This document shows, piece after piece, positions 9,586 through 18,802 of a stretch of DNA of 64,000 bases (position 1 is its first letter; every line of letters starts with the position of its first letter). The notes below the pieces were generated by a model. It saw only the letters and a list, made by a program, of their open reading frames with translations. It was not told where the DNA came from and searched no databases. The DNA comes from an uncultured Acidimicrobiales bacterium. GTDB lineage: Bacteria > Actinomycetota > Acidimicrobiia > Acidimicrobiales > DATKAS01. The position numbers and the translations under genes are program-made. The stretch lies in the NCBI GenBank assembly GCA_963726695.1, contig CAVSDE010000002.1, positions 2,003-66,002 of the forward strand, read 5' to 3'.

Positions 9586-10446
9586 GTCCACCAGGTTCGC
9601 TACGCGCTCGCCGTCGTCGATGAGGGCACGTTCACGGCGGCGGCGGCGGCGTGCTTCGTCGCACAACCCTCGCTTTCTCACGCCGTGCGAGCGCTCGAGC
9701 GTGAGCTCGGCGTCGAGCTCTTCCGCCGGGTCGGCCGCCGACCCACACTGACCTCCGCAGGCGAGGCGTTCGTGCCTGCGGCTCGCGAGGTCATGCGGGC
9801 GCTCGACACCGTTCGAGCCGAAGTCGACGCGGTGTCAGGAGTGGTCGCCGGGCATCTCGACCTCGTCGCGCTGCCGACGCTGGCGGTCGCGCCCGTCACG
9901 CCGATGGTCGGTGCGTTTCGTGCCGCCCATCCCGCAGTGACGGTACGGCTCGGCCATCCCGAAGGCCCCACAGCGCTCATCGACGCGGTTCGGTCAGGAG
10001 ACAGCGAAGTCGGCATCACCGAGATCCCTGTGGCCGCGGCACGGATCAAGGCGATCCCGCTCGGCCGTCAGCAGCTCGTCGCGATCCTTCCCCCGGGCTC
10101 GCCACCGGTGGCAGTGCTCCGACTCGAAGCGCTCGCGCGCTTTCCTCTCGTCGCGCTCAGAGTCGGCGGATCGACGCGCGACGTGCTCGACGCCGCATTC
10201 GACGCCGCGGGGGCGGTGCCGGCGATCGCTGTCGAGACCGATCAGCGCGAAGCCATCGTGCCGCTCGTGCTCGCGGGAGCGGGGGCAGCGGTGGTGCCCG
10301 CGCCGATGGCCGAGGTCGCGCGACAGCAAGGCGCAGTGGTCGCTCGTCTGAGCCCCGCGCTCTGGCGCAACCTCGGACTCATCCATCGTGACGCGACGCT
10401 CTCCCCCGCGGCTCGCGCGTTCATCGCTCTCGCCCGAGGTCAGTAG
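9580..10446 (+). CDS. LysR family transcriptional regulator
   Basis: N-terminal wHTH MEVHQVRYALAVVDEGTFTAAAAACFVAQPSLSHAVRALE followed by a LysR substrate-binding domain, 288 aa. Confidence 0.9.
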   Translation: MEVHQVRYALAVVDEGTFTAAAAACFVAQPSLSHAVRALERELGVELFRRVGRRPTLTSAGEAFVPAAREVMRALDTVRAEVDAVSGVVAGHLDLVALPTLAVAPVTPMVGAFRAAHPAVTVRLGHPEGPTALIDAVRSGDSEVGITEIPVAAARIKAIPLGRQQLVAILPPGSPPVAVLRLEALARFPLVALRVGGSTRDVLDAAFDAAGAVPAIAVETDQREAIVPLVLAGAGAAVVPAPMAEVARQQGAVVARLSPALWRNLGLIHRDATLSPAARAFIALARGQ

Positions 10447-12021
10447 AGCCGCTCGATCGTCGTATCGACCCACACGTCGAGCAGCGTCGGTGTCGGACTG
10501 TCGAACGACTCGACGAGCGCAGGCTCGAGTCGCTCCGCCAGATCGATGCGTTCAGCGGCGAGACCGAACCCGGTCGCGATGCTGACGAAATCGAGGCCGG
10601 GAAGGTTGACGCCCGGCAGCGTCTCGATGCCCATCGCGAGCCCGAACGCCTTGAGCGCCGAGTAGCCACGGTTGTCGAGGATCACGAACGTGATGGGCAG
10701 ACGATGCTCCGCCGCGGTCCACAGCGCCTGGATCGAATACAGGCTCGAGCCATCGCCGAGCAAGCAGACGATCCGGCGCCCTGCGTCCGCGAGCGCGATG
10801 CCGACGGCGGCGGGCATCGCCCACCCGAGTCCCCCGCTTGCGCCGCAATAGAAGCCGTCGGTGATCCGGATGGGAAGGTGATCGTGCATCGCGTTGCGAT
10901 GCGACGGCGCCTCCTCGACGATCGCCGCGTCTCTCGGCATCACGCGGCTCAGGGTGTGCAGGACGAACGCTCCGGACATGGGAGCGGTCGGCGGTGGACT
11001 CGCGAGCGGCACGCGACCGGCGGGCGTGCGGTCGGCGGGCGGTCACGCGTCCCAACAGATCAGCGATGCCGCGACGCAAGGTGGTGAGGATCGCTGCGCC
11101 AACCGGAGCGAACGCCGCCGCGTCCGGGTCGTCGGTGAGCAAGAACAGCATCGTGCCGTCCGTGACCACGGGACCGTCGGAGCGCACGTGATAGGTGAAC
11201 ACCGGCGCGCCCAGCACCACGACGACGTCGTGGCCCTCGAGCTGTGCAGCGAGCGGGCGCCGCGAAGGAGTCAGGAAGCCGGCGAAGGCAGGGTGGTCCT
11301 CGGGGAAGCTGCACCGACCCGAGAGCGGACTCACCCACACGGTCGCGCCCGTGCGTTCGGCGAGCGCGACCACGAGATCCCCCGCTCCGTCGCGGTCCAC
11401 GCCGGCGCCGACGACCAGCGCTGGGCGCACGCTGTCGTTCAGGGCCGCCGCAACCGCACCCAGCCCCTCGGGCTCGCCGACGAAGCCCCCGCGCACCTCG
11501 CGCCGCGCGACTGGGCTCGCGTCGGCATCCCAGTCGTCTTCGGGAATCGAGACGAAGGTCGGGCCCTGTGGTGGCTGCATCGCGGTGTAGTAGGCACGGG
11601 CGATCGCGGCGGGCACATCGGCTGCTCGGGCTGGTTCCACGCTCCACTTCACATACGGCTTCGGCAGCTCGGTCGCCTGCTCGGAGAAGAGGTAGGGCTC
11701 CCCGGTGAGCAGCTCGCGCGCCTGCTGACCGGCCGTGATGACGAGCGGGGTCTGGTTGCGCATCGCCGTGAAGATGCTGCCGAGCGCGTGTCCCACCCCC
11801 ACTGCGGAGTGGAGGTTGACGAAGGAAGCATTCCGCGTCGCTTGCGCGAACCCATCCGCCATGGCGACGGCGGATGATTCCTGCAGGGCGAGCACGTAGC
11901 GGAAGTCAGCAGGCGCATCCCTGAAGAACCTCAGCTCGGTCGAGCCCGGGTTCCCGAAGATCGTGGTCATCCCGAGCTCGCGCATCAGCGCATGCGTCAC
12001 GGAACGAACGGTCTCACTCAC
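10440..12021 (-). CDS. mdlC: Thiamine-diphosphate enzyme, benzoylformate decarboxylase-like, one frameshift near 11030
   Basis: 527 codons. N-terminal TPP-pyrimidine domain (FGNPGSTELRF) in ORF 10552..12021. C-terminal TPP-binding motif GDGSSLYSIQALWTAA..ILDNRGY in ORF 10440..11012. Confidence 0.8.
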
Positions 12022-13202
12022 AAGCGCCGGCTCTTCGCGTCCCAGTTGCGCTCGAGGTTGTCGATGAGCGCGGGGCTGTAAAGGCAGTACGCCTGCTCAC
12101 GCGAGTAGACGCTCATGTAGCGACGAAACGCATCGAGCGGCTCGTGGCCGACGCGTAGCGCCTTGCGATTCGCGACGAGGCTCGTCATGCCTGCACTCGT
12201 CAGCTCGCCCGCCGCTCGCTCAACTGCCGCGGCCATGTCGGCGCTCGTCACGACCTCGCCGGCGAGCAATCGGCCTTCGGGCGTGTCCGCGTGGAAGACG
12301 TAGTTGAAGAAGATCGCCTCACGCGTGAGCCGCTCGCCCACGAAGCGGGGCAGCCGGAGGTTCGCCGAGCCCGGGATGATCCCTTCCTTGCGGGCGGGGA
12401 GGTTGAAGTACGAGCCGCTCTCGGCGATCACGCGATCCACGACGAGGAGCCACTGACAGGCGCCACCGATGGCAAACGTGTCGACTGCGGCGATCCAGGG
12501 CTTCTCCCGCCGCTGCTCGAGGTCCGGCGTGTCGAAGTCGCCCACGCTGTGACCGCGGTACAGCTTGCTGACGCCGCCGAGCTCGCGCTCGATCATGAAC
12601 TCGACCAACGAGATCTTCCCGTAGTAGAGGTGCGTCAGGTTGATGCCGGCACCGAAGACGCGCCGGCCTTCGTACTTCGGATGGGTCGCGGGCGCGCCGC
12701 GGACGACGCCTACCTCGATCGCATCGTCGAGCAGGACCAGATCGACGGCGACCTCGAACGCGCCCGTCGACACGTCATCCTCCGCGTTGAGGAACGCATG
12801 GTTCTGGATCGTGACCCGCCCGATCGAGCCGTCGCGCTCGACGAGGATCGGGCCGAGGTCGACGTGCCCTGTTCGGCGAAAGCCGTCGATGTGAGCGAGG
12901 GCCTCGGGACGCGGCTGCGACATCGAGTGCATGAGGTGCAACCCGATGCGAGGCCTGGCGAGAACGTGCGAGACGAAGACGCCTTGGTCGATCTCGAGCC
13001 CGGCCTTCTGCTTCTGAGGGAGCTCACGCTCGGCGTCGATGTCAGCGCGGGTGGGCACGAGACCGGGGTAGCGCTCGGCGGCGAGGTACACGAGGTCGGA
13101 GACCCGGAGGTCGAGACGGAGGCCGTCCGTGAGCTCGTCGTAGATCGAGTCGATGTGCTCGTGGAGGTGCTCGTCTCGAGCCGATCGCAGATCAGTGGTC
13201 AC
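12018..13202 (-). CDS. Crotonase-fold protein with an approximately 130 aa N-terminal extension, DpgC-like (arylacetyl-CoA dioxygenase-like)
   Basis: Enoyl-CoA hydratase core (LNAEDD.., RVFGAGINLTHL, FAIGGACQ). GTG 13202 overlaps the ligase TGA, and its own TGA overlaps the decarboxylase GTG (GTGA twice). Confidence 0.6.
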   Translation of the reverse strand: MTTDLRSARDEHLHEHIDSIYDELTDGLRLDLRVSDLVYLAAERYPGLVPTRADIDAERELPQKQKAGLEIDQGVFVSHVLARPRIGLHLMHSMSQPRPEALAHIDGFRRTGHVDLGPILVERDGSIGRVTIQNHAFLNAEDDVSTGAFEVAVDLVLLDDAIEVGVVRGAPATHPKYEGRRVFGAGINLTHLYYGKISLVEFMIERELGGVSKLYRGHSVGDFDTPDLEQRREKPWIAAVDTFAIGGACQWLLVVDRVIAESGSYFNLPARKEGIIPGSANLRLPRFVGERLTREAIFFNYVFHADTPEGRLLAGEVVTSADMAAAVERAAGELTSAGMTSLVANRKALRVGHEPLDAFRRYMSVYSREQAYCLYSPALIDNLERNWDAKSRRL

Positions 13203-14710
13203 GTGCCGCCCACTCTCGATTCGACACCGGCCCAATACGGCTCGCGCAGCTCGCGCTTCAAGACCTTCCCCGCGCCGGACTTCGGCAGCGGCTCGGCGCG
13301 CAGCTCGATCCGCTTCGGCACCTTGTAGCCCGCGATCACTTGCCGGCAGTGCTCGATGAGCTCACGCTCGGTGATATCGCCGCGAGGGATGACGACGGCA
13401 TGGACGGCTTCGCCCCATTGAGGATCGGGCACGCCGAACACCGCCGCCTCGAGCACCGCGGGATGGCGATAGAGCACGTCCTCCACTTCGGTGCTGTAGA
13501 CGTTCTCTCCGCCGCTCACGATCATGTCCTTCGCGCGATCGACGAGGTACACGTACCCCTCGTCGTCGAGGTAGCCGAGATCGCCGGAGCGGTACCAGCC
13601 GTCGACGAGTGCGGCCGCGGTCTGCTCGGGCTTGTTCCAGTACCCCACCATCACGTTGTCGCCTCGGATCACGACCTCGCCGACTTCGCCTGTCGGCATC
13701 GCACTGCCGTCGGTACCGACGATGCGGATCTCGACGCCGACCGCGGGCTGACCGCACGACCGAGCGCGGGGCGAGTCGAGCCATTGCTCCTCACCGCGGA
13801 ACGTCGTCGCGATCGGGGCAGTCTCGGTGGTGCCGTACATCTCGAGCAGCTCGGCCGCGGGGAAAGCGACATGTGCTCGTCGCAACGTCTCGGTCGCGAC
13901 CGGCGACCCGCCGTGGAAGATCGCTCTCAAGCTCACGACATCGCGCGGACGGGCGAGCTGCTCCTCGTTGAGCGCGGCGAGCATCGTCGGCACGAGCAGA
14001 GTCGCCGTCACGCCATGGCGCTCGATGAGGTCGAGGGCCATCGCAGCCTCGAATGTCGGCAACACGACCTGACGGCCTCCCGCCCACACAGTCGGAAGGA
14101 CGGCGATCGACCCCGCGGCGTGGAACAGCGGCGCGGCGATGAGCCAGCACATCTCCGGACGGAACGGGGAGAACGCTTGGAAGTGCAGCGCGTTCGCGAT
14201 CAGGTTGCGATGCGTGAGCATCACGCCCTTCGACGCGCCGGTCGTCCCGCCTGTGTAGAAGAGTCCCGCGAGCGTCGTGTCGGGGACGTCGTCGGCGAGA
14301 CCGGCGGGCTCGGCACCGGTGAGCAGCTTCTCGTATCCGTCCTCGAGGTCGATCACATGCTCGACGCAGGGCGGAAGCCCGTCGATGACCCGGTTCGTGA
14401 AGACCACCTTCGTGTCGGAGTCGGCGAGCGCGTAGTTGAGCTCGGCGTCGGTGTGGCGCTGGTTGAGCGGGACGAGCGCCATGCCGTCTCCGGGCACCGC
14501 TTGGTAGAGCTCGACGTAGCGATGGCAGTTCGCACCGACGACCGCAACGCGATCTCCGTCGCGTAGACCGAGCGAACGCAACGCGCCGACGAGCCGCCGG
14601 CACCGCTCGAACGTCTCGGCATAGGTGAGCTTGGTGTCACCGCAGACGATCGCGGCCTGATGAGGAGCGATCTGGTTGGCCCGACGCAGCGGTCCGATCA
14701 TGGTCGTCAT
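13199..14710 (-). CDS. AMP-dependent acyl-CoA synthetase/ligase
   Basis: AMP-binding motifs LFYTGGTTGASKGV, YGTTE, SGDLGYLDDEGYVYLVDRAKDMI and final PKSGAGKVLKRELR. The start is taken at MTTMIGPL. Confidence 0.85.
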   Translation of the reverse strand: MTTMIGPLRRANQIAPHQAAIVCGDTKLTYAETFERCRRLVGALRSLGLRDGDRVAVVGANCHRYVELYQAVPGDGMALVPLNQRHTDAELNYALADSDTKVVFTNRVIDGLPPCVEHVIDLEDGYEKLLTGAEPAGLADDVPDTTLAGLFYTGGTTGASKGVMLTHRNLIANALHFQAFSPFRPEMCWLIAAPLFHAAGSIAVLPTVWAGGRQVVLPTFEAAMALDLIERHGVTATLLVPTMLAALNEEQLARPRDVVSLRAIFHGGSPVATETLRRAHVAFPAAELLEMYGTTETAPIATTFRGEEQWLDSPRARSCGQPAVGVEIRIVGTDGSAMPTGEVGEVVIRGDNVMVGYWNKPEQTAAALVDGWYRSGDLGYLDDEGYVYLVDRAKDMIVSGGENVYSTEVEDVLYRHPAVLEAAVFGVPDPQWGEAVHAVVIPRGDITERELIEHCRQVIAGYKVPKRIELRAEPLPKSGAGKVLKRELREPYWAGVESRVGGT

Positions 14711-14732
14711 GCGCGGCGACCGTACCTCTGGC

Positions 14733-15927
14733 TCAAGCGCCTCTGCCGAACAGGTCGAGCTGGGGCGTTTCGGGCTGCGACACGGAGCGCTCGGCACGGA
14801 AGTGCTTGCTCAAGGTCTGCATCTGCCCCTGGTAGTTCGAACCGACGTCGTCGCCGTACAGCTCGTCGGGCTCGGCGAGCATGCGCTCGAACGTGAGCTT
14901 GCACACGCCTTGCCCCTGCTCGATCATGAACGGCACGTCGTGCGCGCGCACTTCGAGCGCAGCCCGCGAGCCGAGAAGCAGGCCATCGCGCGAGAAGCCG
15001 AAGCCCGGATCGAAGAACCCCGCGTAGTGCGTGCGCAGCTCGCCGCTCGTCGGGTCGAATGCCGTCATCTCCGCGGCAAGGCTTGGCGGCACGCGCACGC
15101 TCTCCTCGGACAGCAGCAGGTAGAAGCGCTCGGGGTCGAGGACGATGCCGCGCTCGTTCCTCACTCGTCACACGCTCCCAGTAGTCATCGACGCGATGCG
15201 AGCCGATCGCGGACATGTCGAGACCGGGCGTGTTCAGCTTCGCCCGGAAGCCGACGTGGCCACGCTTGTCGCCGCGCAGATCGAGGCTGAGGAAGAGGCC
15301 GTCGGACACAGCCAAGTCGTCGGTCGGCACGGGCTGGCCGCCACGGAAGAGCAACGGGCTGGCGCGGTGCACCTCGACCAGCTCGCCGTCGGTCAGCGGG
15401 GCCCGCCCGACGATGAGACGCAGCTGGTTCAGCGACAGCCCCTCCTCGACCTCGACCGCGAACGACAGGGGCACGACCTCGAGGTAGAGCGGTCCGCGGT
15501 AGCCGTCGGCGATCTCGTCGAACCGGTAGCTGCCGTCGGTGACGACACGGGTGAACACGTCGAGTCGACCCGTCGAGCTCTTGGGGTTGGTCTTCGCCCT
15601 CAGGCCCTCGGGCAGGGCAAGGTGCTCGGCGAGCGGGATGAGGTATGGACGGTTCGGCTCGAGGACTGCTCCCCCGCGCAGGTCGAGCTCGTCGATGATC
15701 AGCGGTCGCATCTTGCGGTCGACCGAGTCGACGCCGGGCAGGAAGCTGCACCGCAGCCGGAATGCCCGTGGCCCGAGCCGCAGGTCGAGGCTCGCCGGCT
15801 GCACACGGTCTTCCGGGACCTTTTCGCCAGCGGCGTGCACGTAGCCGAGCGAGATGGCCTCGCGGATGAGCTGCGACGGCAAGACGCCGCTTGCCCCGTC
15901 GCGTAGCCCCCGCAACGTCAGCGTCAC
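14733..15927 (-). CDS. DCD-family 2'-deoxycytidine 5'-triphosphate deaminase-like protein (two dUTPase-fold halves), one frameshift near 15165
   Basis: N-terminal part in ORF 14707..15927 (ASLDLRLG.., KSSTGRLDVFTRV) and C-terminal part in ORF 14733..15164 (YAGFFDPGFG, ALEVRAHDVPF). Confidence 0.7.
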
Positions 15928-15934
15928 CCGTGGA

Positions 15935-16786
15935 TCATTGCATGCCCTTGCGAATCGTCATCCCGAACGAGGTGATCACGTAGCCGTCCATCCGCCGGTT
16001 GAGGTGGACGTTCGTCCACGGCTCGGTGTCGACGTGGCGATCCTCGGGCCGGTCCCCGAGCGTGAAGTTCAGCGTCATCGTGTGACCCTCGCTCGCGAGC
16101 TCACGGCGCAGCCGCTCGAGATCGCGCCGCCGGTACAGCACGGTCTCCCCCGCGTCGATCGTCGCGAGGTTGCAGCACACGTTGAGCTCGGTGGTGTGGA
16201 CGGCAATCCCGCCGGGACGCAGCACCTCCATCTGGCGGTGGATGAACCGCAGCCCGTCGTGCAGGGTGCCGAGGTGCTCGAACGCGCAGGACGACCAGCT
16301 GAAGTCGTAGCCGTGGAGGTCGTTGGGGATCTCCCGCATGTCGACCGGCCGGAAGTCGGCGTTGGCCATGAACATCTCGGGCGTGCAGAGGCGTTCGTCG
16401 CAGGCCGCCGCGAGGTCCTGAGCCCACTGCGCGGCGCCGCTCCAGTGGTCGGTCTCCGCCGCAGCCGAGGGAAGGTCGGTGACCGTCACTCGACACCCCT
16501 GGCTCACGAGATACGAGGCGATCGGCTCGCGCCCGACCCCGAAGCCGATGCCTCGCGCCCCGGGCACGATCGCCCCCCCGGACTCGAGCGCTTCGAGGAT
16601 GTAGCACCACTCCCAGAGCTTGCGATGCATCAGCACCGGGCTCTGGACGCGTGCACACCACTCGACGAACTTCGGGTCGGCGATCTGCGCCGCGGTGCAC
16701 GCCTGGGACACTGGAGCGACGAAGCTCGGCGCGCCCTCCTGATCGGGGCGGGCCGCGAGCTCGTCGGTGCGCTCGTGCCCGAGCAT
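15935..16786 (-). CDS. Class I SAM-dependent methyltransferase
   Basis: HRKLWEWCYILEAL.. followed by the GIGFGVGREP motif-I region and VLRPGGIAVHT. 283 aa. Confidence 0.75.
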   Translation of the reverse strand: MLGHERTDELAARPDQEGAPSFVAPVSQACTAAQIADPKFVEWCARVQSPVLMHRKLWEWCYILEALESGGAIVPGARGIGFGVGREPIASYLVSQGCRVTVTDLPSAAAETDHWSGAAQWAQDLAAACDERLCTPEMFMANADFRPVDMREIPNDLHGYDFSWSSCAFEHLGTLHDGLRFIHRQMEVLRPGGIAVHTTELNVCCNLATIDAGETVLYRRRDLERLRRELASEGHTMTLNFTLGDRPEDRHVDTEPWTNVHLNRRMDGYVITSFGMTIRKGMQ

Positions 16787-16843
16787 CCGATGGAAGGCGC
16801 GTCGGGCGCCGCCTCTTCACCCCCGCGACCGACGCCACAGGGC

Positions 16844-17353
16844 ATGATCGCGCTCGTGGCCACCTGGACCCACTACTGGAAGCGCGAGATGGTCGAACAG
16901 GGGGAGGGCACGTTCGTCGGTCACTCGGCATCGGGGGTTTTCCGGCGGAGTGGAGTGCAGCCCGGCGACCGCATGTACGTGATCTCGGTCGCCGGCGGCC
17001 GGCTGCGCATCGTGGGCCGCCTCGATGTCGAGGACATCGTCACTCAGAAGCGGGCCGACGAGCTCTTCGGCCGCCCCATGTGGGAGGGCGCCGAGCACGT
17101 GATCGCCCGCCCAGGGTCGGGGACACCCCGCCGCACCGATGCCTACCTCGCCGCTCATGGGCTGGTCGATGTCGAGTTCGTCGGTGCGGACGGCGACATC
17201 GTGCCGCCGAAGCTGAACCTGGCAGGACACCCCGATGTGCTGTGGCTGCAAGGCGTGCGCGAGATCACCGCGAGGACAGCCCTGCTGTTCGACCAGGTGC
17301 TCGGCGTCAAGACGACCGAGGACATCGTGGAGCGCGGCTCGGACTCGAGCTAA
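16844..17353 (+). CDS. Hypothetical protein (169 aa)
   Basis: Only the last 169 codons of ORF 15854..17353 look protein-like (MIALVATWTHYWKRE..GDRMYVISVAGGRLRIVGRL..). It is divergent from the methyltransferase and no family was recognised. Confidence 0.5.
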   Translation: MIALVATWTHYWKREMVEQGEGTFVGHSASGVFRRSGVQPGDRMYVISVAGGRLRIVGRLDVEDIVTQKRADELFGRPMWEGAEHVIARPGSGTPRRTDAYLAAHGLVDVEFVGADGDIVPPKLNLAGHPDVLWLQGVREITARTALLFDQVLGVKTTEDIVERGSDSS

Positions 17354-18691
17354 GCGGCGAGTAGGTGTTCGAGGTAGACGCTGAGTGCGTAGGTGGTGAG
17401 TCGTTCGCCGCCGCTGGCGGCACGCGCGGTGTCGGGGGTGATGCTGCGGGGTGGGTCGGGGAGCTGGTCGATGAGGGGCAGCGTGGCGAGGTCGGGTGGT
17501 CGCCCGCCGGTGGTGTCGCCTCGCGTGGTGCCGCCGAGGCAGCGTTCGCCTCGCCAGAACGTGTAGGTCTGGTCGCCGTGGGTGGTGATGGTCCAGCCGT
17601 GGTCGTGGATCTGGCGGTGGTGGTAGCCGCACAGCAGCACGAGGTTGTCGAGGTCGGTGGGGCCGCCGTGACGGTAGAAGCGGACATGGTGCGCGTCGAC
17701 GTAGCGGGTCTGGGTGCATCCGGGGAACTCGCAGCCGGTGACTCCGGCACGGAACCGCAGCGCTCGCCGTTGATGCCGTGACGCCGTGCGGACTTCGTTG
17801 CCGAGCCACAACGGCACCCCGTGGTGGTGGACCAACATCTGCACACTCGCCCCGCACATGATGCGGGCGAGCTCGGGATCGGAGAGCCGCTGCCCGGTGG
17901 CGGGCATGAAGCAATGCGACCCCAACCCGACCGGCAGGCGCTCGTCGAAGTCGAAGCCGAGCACCCGGGCCAACGTCGCCAGGTCGACCGAGACCTGGAC
18001 GCAGAACTTCTCGTCACCCCGATCCCGCAGACCCGCCCCGGCGGCGGCGTCGAGCATCGCCTGCGCGAACCGCCCCGCGATCTCGTTCGCGTTCAGCCGT
18101 CGGCGCTGCTCCAGATCGGTCGGGTCGAGATCCTTCTCGCCGGCCGCACGAGCCGCCGCCCACGCCTGCCGCGAACAGCGCTCCGGTGACCGCGTCGAGC
18201 GCCAAGTCGTACCGGTCCCGTCCGAGGTCGTCGACCCAATGCTTCTCCCAGAAGTCGACGTCGGGATCGGGCCCCGGCTCGGGCTCGTCCTGCTTGCGAC
18301 AGTCGCGGTACTTCGCGAAGATCCGCGCCGCCTGGGTCGGGACCGTGTCACGCACGACCTTCGCGACCAGCGCCTCGTTGTCGGGTGTCGCGACCCGCGC
18401 CGCCATCGCCAACACCCCGACCGAGAGCTGCCCGGCCAACGCGTCCGCGTGGATCGACCCGACATTGGCGAGCCGCAACGCCGCCGTCTGGAACGCGCGG
18501 CCCTCGGCCAACGTGACCTTGCCCCGCACCGACAACCAGTGCGCCAACGACCGATACCCCTCGCCCTGCCAGCCGTCGAGCCCGTCCAGCTCGGCCAGAC
18601 ACTCCACGACCTCCGCGCCCAAAGCGTGCTGCTGCGCGACCAGGACCCCGATCCGCGCCTCCAGCTCCCTCGCCCGCTCGGACTCCCGCAT
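17350..18691 (-). CDS. DUF222-type HNH endonuclease (REP13E12-like family), one frameshift near 18185
   Basis: N-terminal DUF222-like part in ORF 18014..18691. C-terminal HNH part (CEFPGC..DAHHV..NLVLLCGYHHRQIH) in ORF 17350..18726. Confidence 0.85.
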
Positions 18692-18802
18692 CCCACCACG
18701 CTACCGAACACCTGTTCGAGAACCAACGCCCCTTCTGATATTTTTCATGGTTTACCCAACCTTGCCACTTGATCGCGAGCCCTCCCCTCCCGATAGGACG
18801 AG

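Noticed and set aside
14733-15927. dCTP-deaminase-like gene considered as an anti-phage nucleotide-depletion defence gene.
   Set aside because: It belongs to the dUTPase-fold DCD family, not the zinc cytidine-deaminase type with a kinase-like domain reported for defensive dCTP deaminases. It is embedded in a catabolic operon without other defence genes.
17350-18726. DUF222-HNH gene considered as the edge of a prophage or integrative element.
   Set aside because: I saw no integrase, recombinase, tRNA target, flanking direct repeats or phage structural genes anywhere in the window. It is kept only as a marker of a possibly variable spot.
18727-18802. AT-richer 76-nt spacer (ctgatatttttcatggtttacccaaccttgccacttgatcg..) considered as a small RNA or riboswitch.
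   Set aside because: No convincing stem-loops or known riboswitch core motifs. It is most simply the divergent promoter region of the HNH and kinase genes.
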